The translations under genes and the position numbers were made by a program. A stretch of 64,000 nucleotides of DNA from an uncultured Fibrobacteria bacterium. Lineage in GTDB: Bacteria; Fibrobacterota; Fibrobacteria; UBA11236. Every line of letters starts with the position of its first letter. The stretch's first letter is position 1. Below, one piece after another: positions 59,038 to 64,000 of this stretch. The DNA lies in assembly GCA_963716395.1 (NCBI GenBank), contig OY970309.1, positions 2,752,001 through 2,816,000 of the forward strand. The letters are read 5' to 3'. The notes under the pieces were generated by a model. That model worked only from the letters and a program-made list of their open reading frames with translations. It did no database searches and was not told where the DNA came from.

Positions 59038-60933
59038 TCAATTCATGGTGCCGTAATCGCGGCTCCAACTCGCCGAGGGCTTTCCTACAGGGTGGGCTAC
59101 AGGAAGATTGGTTGAAAGGTAAAGATCGGAACCGGTGGCGTTGCGTTCGCAATAGAAAAAATCAAAGCGATAGGTTTTCCCATAGGTGAGATTGAGGTTG
59201 TCCAAGCCTACGGTGGCAGTGGAACTGCCATGCACGAAACCCAAATCGATGATCAGGCTGTCGTTGATAAAACCCCAGACATCGTCATCGCCTTTGAAGG
59301 TAAGGCTTAATCCGCTTGTTTGTACAAAAGGAATATGCATTTCCAAGCAAAAAGAATAGTTGTTTGAAAACGCAGGTACATCCGCTCCAAAACCTCTTCC
59401 ATTCAATGGGAAAAAATGGGCGGAAGAATCAAGTAAATAAGTGCCATCGGGTTGACGCGTGAATTGCAGGGAATCTTTAATCACTACATTTTTGAAAGCA
59501 GTGTCGCTTCCCGGAGTGCTAATTGTGGAGCAATCCGTACCCGTTCCATCATTACCCGTTCCGTCATATCGACTCCAAGTATTTGGCCCCTGATCCCAGT
59601 AAAACTGATTGTTGACGTTATCCCATGTAAAACCATATGCATGTTCCCCACCCGGTGGGCCGGTATGGACGGTGGAAGCCTGATAATTCGGCCTCGTAAA
59701 ATCGCCGGGTGTCCATGGCACAAACCATTTATTGAGATCGCAGGTAATTTTAGCGCGTACCGCCGTGTTCCGTATGGGTTTGGGTACGGAGTCTAGTCCG
59801 AAATATTGGGCGATATGATAAGTGGGGTCATCTTGATAATATTTCAGCGCGTTGTTCTTGACCAAATTGGGAGTTACACTGCCGTCATTCATATAAGGCT
59901 GGGCTTGGTACGGGGCGAGATGCACCGGAACGAGCAACCCATTGCTGTTCGAGTTGAACTCGGGATTTGAGCCATCAGCGTGATAATCGTAATAGACAAC
60001 TGGAAATTTAATCGTGGCGGGAGGCGCCGTGGCGTTGCCCAAAAGCGAGATCAATTGATCGAGTGGCACGCGCGCCACCGTATCCATGGTCCCGGCGGTT
60101 TTTTGATAGGCATCGGTGTTCAGCGCGTATTGGTTGATTCCTTCTGAAAAGACGCGATATTTAACCGGTGTAATTCCCACGGTATCGGTGTTGTACAGGC
60201 TGGTGGAATCGGACTGGTACTGGCTGATTTCGGAACCGGCGATTGGTTTATCATTAATCCATTGCGGTCCTGTCCAGCCTACATAACAATAAGTACTCCC
60301 GTTGCCTTGTTTGTGATAGTATTCGAAATAATATCGTTTGCCGGATTGCAGAGCTATTGATCCTGATACTCCAGCCTGGCTCCAATTATTCGGTTTCCAA
60401 GTGGCAAGAGAACAGATGGGGGCTGTGGAAAGATGCCCTGTGGTGGAGTCAGTACTGAGATAAAATGAGGACGCATCATCAGAGAGTGTGTAAAAGGTAT
60501 AGCTGCCCGATATCGGCGGTAAAATCCAGCCCGTCCATTTGTCGCCGAAATAGGAGGAATTCCAGGTTTCACCAATATAATACGAGGAATCGGTTCTGTT
60601 TGGCGAATGGCCCCCAATCCAAGTTTTGAGTTGTGCAATGGAGGTATCCGAATACGATTCGCCGGTCCAAAATTGACCGTAGATTTTTCCCGTATGGGTG
60701 GTATCGATGTATTTCATGGCGTTGCCGTTGATGATTTCCTGGGCCAGCAAAGTCATTAATCCGTCCGAGGCGCAGAAAGTCTGAATCTTGTGTTTGTAGT
60801 TGTAGGCCGTGACGGTAGTCATCTTATTGTTGTAAAGCGTGCCCACGGCAATGGCGGTTACGCCGAGTATGAGCAGAATGGTGAAGACGAGGACGAAGCC
60901 TTTTTGTTTGTGAGGAAGGTGGAGAACTGACAC
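59038..60933 (-). CDS. PilX-like minor pilin with inserted PA14 and fibro-slime domains (copy 1)
   Basis: Same architecture as copy 2; NNYSFCLE...GDDDVWGFIN..IIDLGFVH...CERN; ends SWSRDYGTMN. Confidence 0.82.
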   Translation of the reverse strand: MSVLHLPHKQKGFVLVFTILLILGVTAIAVGTLYNNKMTTVTAYNYKHKIQTFCASDGLMTLLAQEIINGNAMKYIDTTHTGKIYGQFWTGESYSDTSIAQLKTWIGGHSPNRTDSSYYIGETWNSSYFGDKWTGWILPPISGSYTFYTLSDDASSFYLSTDSTTGHLSTAPICSLATWKPNNWSQAGVSGSIALQSGKRYYFEYYHKQGNGSTYCYVGWTGPQWINDKPIAGSEISQYQSDSTSLYNTDTVGITPVKYRVFSEGINQYALNTDAYQKTAGTMDTVARVPLDQLISLLGNATAPPATIKFPVVYYDYHADGSNPEFNSNSNGLLVPVHLAPYQAQPYMNDGSVTPNLVKNNALKYYQDDPTYHIAQYFGLDSVPKPIRNTAVRAKITCDLNKWFVPWTPGDFTRPNYQASTVHTGPPGGEHAYGFTWDNVNNQFYWDQGPNTWSRYDGTGNDGTGTDCSTISTPGSDTAFKNVVIKDSLQFTRQPDGTYLLDSSAHFFPLNGRGFGADVPAFSNNYSFCLEMHIPFVQTSGLSLTFKGDDDVWGFINDSLIIDLGFVHGSSTATVGLDNLNLTYGKTYRFDFFYCERNATGSDLYLSTNLPVAHPVGKPSASWSRDYGTMN

Positions 60934-60946
60934 AAATTTATCCCGC

Positions 60947-61783
60947 TTAGTTTTTATTGCGAAACCTCACGTTCATGGAATCGATGATTTTCCGATAGCC
61001 TCCGGTGAGGGTGTAATTGGGGTCGGGGATGGCGGTGCGGGCCCTTACCGTGAAAGCCGCGGATTTCATGCTGTTCCAGTCCGTCGTTGAATTATGGGTG
61101 GCGTCATAAAATTTGATGTTCAACGAGTCGATATTTTCAGCCAGCACCACCCCCGCCAGCACCAGATTATTGGAGGATAGGCCAACGCTGTCAGTGCGAT
61201 AGGGGTAAATCAGGGAACCCGTATCCAATTGGTACGGCAGCGGCGGCGCTACCGTGATGGTTTCGAAGCCGTCGGGCGGCATGTCTTTCGCGATACTCGA
61301 GATTCTGCGCTTCACTGTCGCATGCGCGGGATTCGCATAATCCACCAGCACATAGGGAACGAGGGCGCCACCATACAGAAAAGCGGTGGAGTCTCCTAGT
61401 GGGATGGGGATTTTGGCGTAATTGGCGGGCGGCGTCGTGGACATGAAAGAGGAGCCGCCGTTGGGATTGTTGCCGACCACCAGCCAACTGGTTGAACTCC
61501 AATTTCCGGGGGGTGCGATGGAGAGCACCGAATCCCAACCGGTATCCGGTAAGGCAGAGCCCGCCTGTTGCAGGATTTCGGCCAATTTCTTGATGGTGTA
61601 ATATTCGTTTTGATTGCGTTCGGCGATTTGTTCTTGCAGGTTGTAGGCGCTGTACGAGTTGCGGTAAAACCGGGTCAGCACCGTCAATAAAATCGCCGAG
61701 GCAACCAAGGCCACCAGAATTTCGAGCAAAGTAAATGCATGCTGGCCGGGGGAGGGCCGGCGTTCAGAAGCGTTTGGAGACAT
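60947..61783 (-). CDS. PilW-like minor pilin
   Basis: A|FTLLEILVALV prepilin motif; located between the pilV-like and pilX-like genes. Confidence 0.8.
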   Translation of the reverse strand: MSPNASERRPSPGQHAFTLLEILVALVASAILLTVLTRFYRNSYSAYNLQEQIAERNQNEYYTIKKLAEILQQAGSALPDTGWDSVLSIAPPGNWSSTSWLVVGNNPNGGSSFMSTTPPANYAKIPIPLGDSTAFLYGGALVPYVLVDYANPAHATVKRRISSIAKDMPPDGFETITVAPPLPYQLDTGSLIYPYRTDSVGLSSNNLVLAGVVLAENIDSLNIKFYDATHNSTTDWNSMKSAAFTVRARTAIPDPNYTLTGGYRKIIDSMNVRFRNKN

Positions 61784-62195
61784 AGGTGGAGATTTTCAAG
61801 GTGTCGAGGGTTGCGCTTCCCCAATAGGTGGTGATGGCCACGCTGTCGACGTCGTTCACGACTGCGCCGTCTTTGGGAGAATGGGCCGCCCCATAGTGGC
61901 AGACGAGAGTAATCCCATCCGATCCGGCGGGGACGGTGGTGTTGGTACCGGGGGCCGGCCAGTTGGCGATGGTGTCTTGCGCGATTTTGATGCGCAGGTC
62001 TTCGATATACTTTTCGATCCTATGACCGGCCTTGAGAATGCGCGTATTATTCTCACTTTGTCGACTGGTCATTCCCTGAATTTTTACGAACAAGACCACT
62101 CCGATGGCGATAATCACCATGGCCGCCAGAACTTCCAAAAGCGACCAGCCATGATTTGAACTGCTTTTGAAAACGCTTTGGGTTTTCAAAATCAT
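61764..62195 (-). CDS. PilV-like minor pilin
   Basis: G|WSLLEVLAAMVII, 143 aa. Confidence 0.8.
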   Translation of the reverse strand: MILKTQSVFKSSSNHGWSLLEVLAAMVIIAIGVVLFVKIQGMTSRQSENNTRILKAGHRIEKYIEDLRIKIAQDTIANWPAPGTNTTVPAGSDGITLVCHYGAAHSPKDGAVVNDVDSVAITTYWGSATLDTLKISTYVSKRF

Positions 62196-62701
62196 TGGAC
62201 GATCACCTTAACCCTTCCGGTGCTGGCCAGCACGTTGATGGAGTCGACGAAGTTGTACAACTTGAATTTGACGCCCAGGCTGGTATTGGCGGACCCATCC
62301 CCGCGGAATACGATGGTGGTCGGACTGGCGCTGACGATATTGAGGCTGTCCTTGGCTTTGAAGACGATGGGCTGCAAATAGAGGGAATCCGTTCCCTTGT
62401 CGTACACGTTATTTAAGGGGTTGGATCGATCGAAGAAGGCGAAAATGGAATCCGCCGTGGGTGCCGCGTGCACCGCGAATACCACCCCGCAATGCAGTGA
62501 AGTATTGGAGACGGCGCGACTGCGCGCGTTGAGGATTAAATACTTGGCCGCATCGGCCCCATTTCGCAAGGTAATCCCCCGCACATACCCTCTAATGGGC
62601 GGAATGGCAAAGGCGGTTAAAATGGAGATCACGGCGAGCGCCACCATAAGTTGAATGAAGCTAACCCCCATTTCCTCTTTCCATTTCCGGGCTTTTGCCA
62701 T
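62192..62701 (-). CDS. FimT/FimU (GspH)-like minor pilin
   Basis: G|VSFIQLMVALAV, ARSRAV, FRGDGS, TGRV. Confidence 0.8.
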   Translation of the reverse strand: MAKARKWKEEMGVSFIQLMVALAVISILTAFAIPPIRGYVRGITLRNGADAAKYLILNARSRAVSNTSLHCGVVFAVHAAPTADSIFAFFDRSNPLNNVYDKGTDSLYLQPIVFKAKDSLNIVSASPTTIVFRGDGSANTSLGVKFKLYNFVDSINVLASTGRVKVIVQ

Positions 62702-63190
62702 GGGGTCCAACCTGATGAATGCCGCTTTCGATCCAAGAATTCCGAAATGCCGTTTTTATAATGTCAATTCTACCACTAAACATAGAAGTGGCGCGTAATT
62801 TATCGAGTTTGCCAGGGTAACTTCCCGAGGCAACGGAGATTTATCATTCATTTGACTGGCTTGACGTCCACGGTTTCCGGCCCGGAAGGGCCAGGGATTT
62901 TTCGCAGCGTCCCTGAATTTGGAAGACGTACCCTTTAACCGCTTCTCCACCAATTTTCCGGGTTGGCTCCGCGGGCCGACATGTCCAGGAACTCATCACC
63001 CCCGAATTGGAAAACCAAGCACGGTTCGGATGGGTTTTCTTGGAAAGTTGGTCCTGTGGGTGGATTGGAATCGCAATGTCGGCTAAAAAATCCCGCCGCC
63101 CTTGACGTATCGCAAAAAAGTAAGGAAACTCAAATCCGGTTTGCGGTATAATCGGGAAAGTTTTTGTCGAGGACGCATAAGGAGATTGCT

Positions 63191-64000
63191 ATGAGGTCGT
63201 TCAGAAAATATTGGAAATGGTGGACCTTTCCCCTCACGGCGTTGGCGGCCTCCGCCATCTGGTTCTGCGACCCGGGGAGTTCCCTGAATCCGGCCGCGCC
63301 GGGCGCGGGCAACGGCAAAGTGCCCCTGGTGTCGGCCACGATCAGCCAAGCCACGATTCTGCCCGACACCGACACCGCCACCGTGCACGTGATCGTGACC
63401 GATTCGGCGACCGGTGATCCTCTGTCGGGTGCCACCGTGCTCTTCAACACCGGATTGTTCACCCTGCTGGACGCCACGGGAACTAGCCCCCTGCAACTCG
63501 ACACCGTGCCCGCGGGCGGCGCGTTTGCCTTCAAACTGGTTTCGGGGAATCCGGGTGCGGGACAAGTTGTGATCACCGTCCTCAATGGGAATATAAAACG
63601 CACCGACACGGTGAAGGTTTTCGTCACCGAACGCCCGGTCGCCCCCCTGGTAAGCTTGGTCTATGCGTCGCAAATCAAGGAAACCGATACCGCCAAGGTT
63701 ACGGTCACGGTATTGGATTCCGTCAACGCGATGCCGCTGCAAGACGCCCTGGTCGCCGTTTCCAGCAGTTTTTTCAAAATATTGAAAGCCGGATCCTCCG
63801 ATACCTTGACCAGCGACACCACCCAATCCGACGGCACCCTGCAATTTCGGGTTTTGGCCTCGGATTCGGGCAGTGGGAACATCACCGTGCATGTGACCAC
63901 GGCGGCCGGCAAGCAGCACACCACCAATTTCACCATCACCGTAACCGGCAATCCGACCGTGGATCGCTCGCGCAACATGGTGTTCACGGTTTTGAAGCCG
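63191..64000 (+). CDS. Putative lipoprotein with tandem Ig-like (Big_1/invasin-like) repeats, 3'-truncated
   Basis: AAGGAG RBS and ATG at 63191; MRSFRKYWKWW...SAIWFC signal; repeated TATVHVIVTD..GDPLSG / TAKVTVTVLD..AMPLQD. The frame stays open to the window end, so it is absent from the ORF track. Confidence 0.72.
   Translation, partial: MRSFRKYWKWWTFPLTALAASAIWFCDPGSSLNPAAPGAGNGKVPLVSATISQATILPDTDTATVHVIVTDSATGDPLSGATVLFNTGLFTLLDATGTSPLQLDTVPAGGAFAFKLVSGNPGAGQVVITVLNGNIKRTDTVKVFVTERPVAPLVSLVYASQIKETDTAKVTVTVLDSVNAMPLQDALVAVSSSFFKILKAGSSDTLTSDTTQSDGTLQFRVLASDSGSGNITVHVTTAAGKQHTTNFTITVTGNPTVDRSRNMVFTVLKP

Noticed and set aside
57201-60933. Diversity-generating retroelement (TR/VR) or shufflon explanation for the pilX repeats
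   Set aside because: No reverse transcriptase or invertase in the window. The repeats are direct, both lie in intact ORFs, and mismatches are mostly synonymous rather than adenine-specific.
62710-63190. c-di-GMP riboswitch or sigma-54 promoter upstream of the pilin operon
   Set aside because: A GGCAAA word and a TGGCGCG word occur, but the remaining consensus elements and spacing do not fit.
1-64000. CRISPR array, rRNA, transposase or integrase genes
   Set aside because: No regularly spaced repeat-spacer pattern or corresponding motifs were seen.

Overview
GC-rich bacterial chromosomal segment, most consistent with a Fibrobacterota/FCB-group organism (inferred from fibro-slime domains and a FlgD-Ig/T9SS-like C-terminal domain). 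It is mostly housekeeping: an RluA-family synthase, holA, greA, argJ, glyA, dusB, a PMM/PGM, glgC, tRNA-Glu(CTC), a PpiD/SurA-like protein, nadB, a reduced dcw cluster (mraZ-rsmH-ftsL-ftsI-murE-murF-ftsW-murC-ftsQ-ftsA-ftsZ), murB and hisD. There are also several signalling genes and an AbrB/Doc toxin-antitoxin pair. Main highlights: (1) a DUF3348-like / DUF802-like / DUF2894-like triad at 4389-7239 that resembles a type III Zorya locus, but with no ZorB and a ZorA lacking the MotA-like channel helices; (2) a lower-GC minor-pilin operon (fimT-pilV-pilW-pilX-pilX) whose two PilX-like pilins carry PA14 and fibro-slime domains, with near-identical 5' and 3' ends around a divergent core; (3) a structured, possibly switchable leader upstream of nadB; (4) a REC-PAS-PAS-REC-Hpt protein with no kinase core; (5) a 57-bp MITE-like element with a 4-bp target duplication. 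nadB and murF each contain a single-base frameshift, probably sequencing error. Family assignments come from motif recognition by eye; no searches were run.
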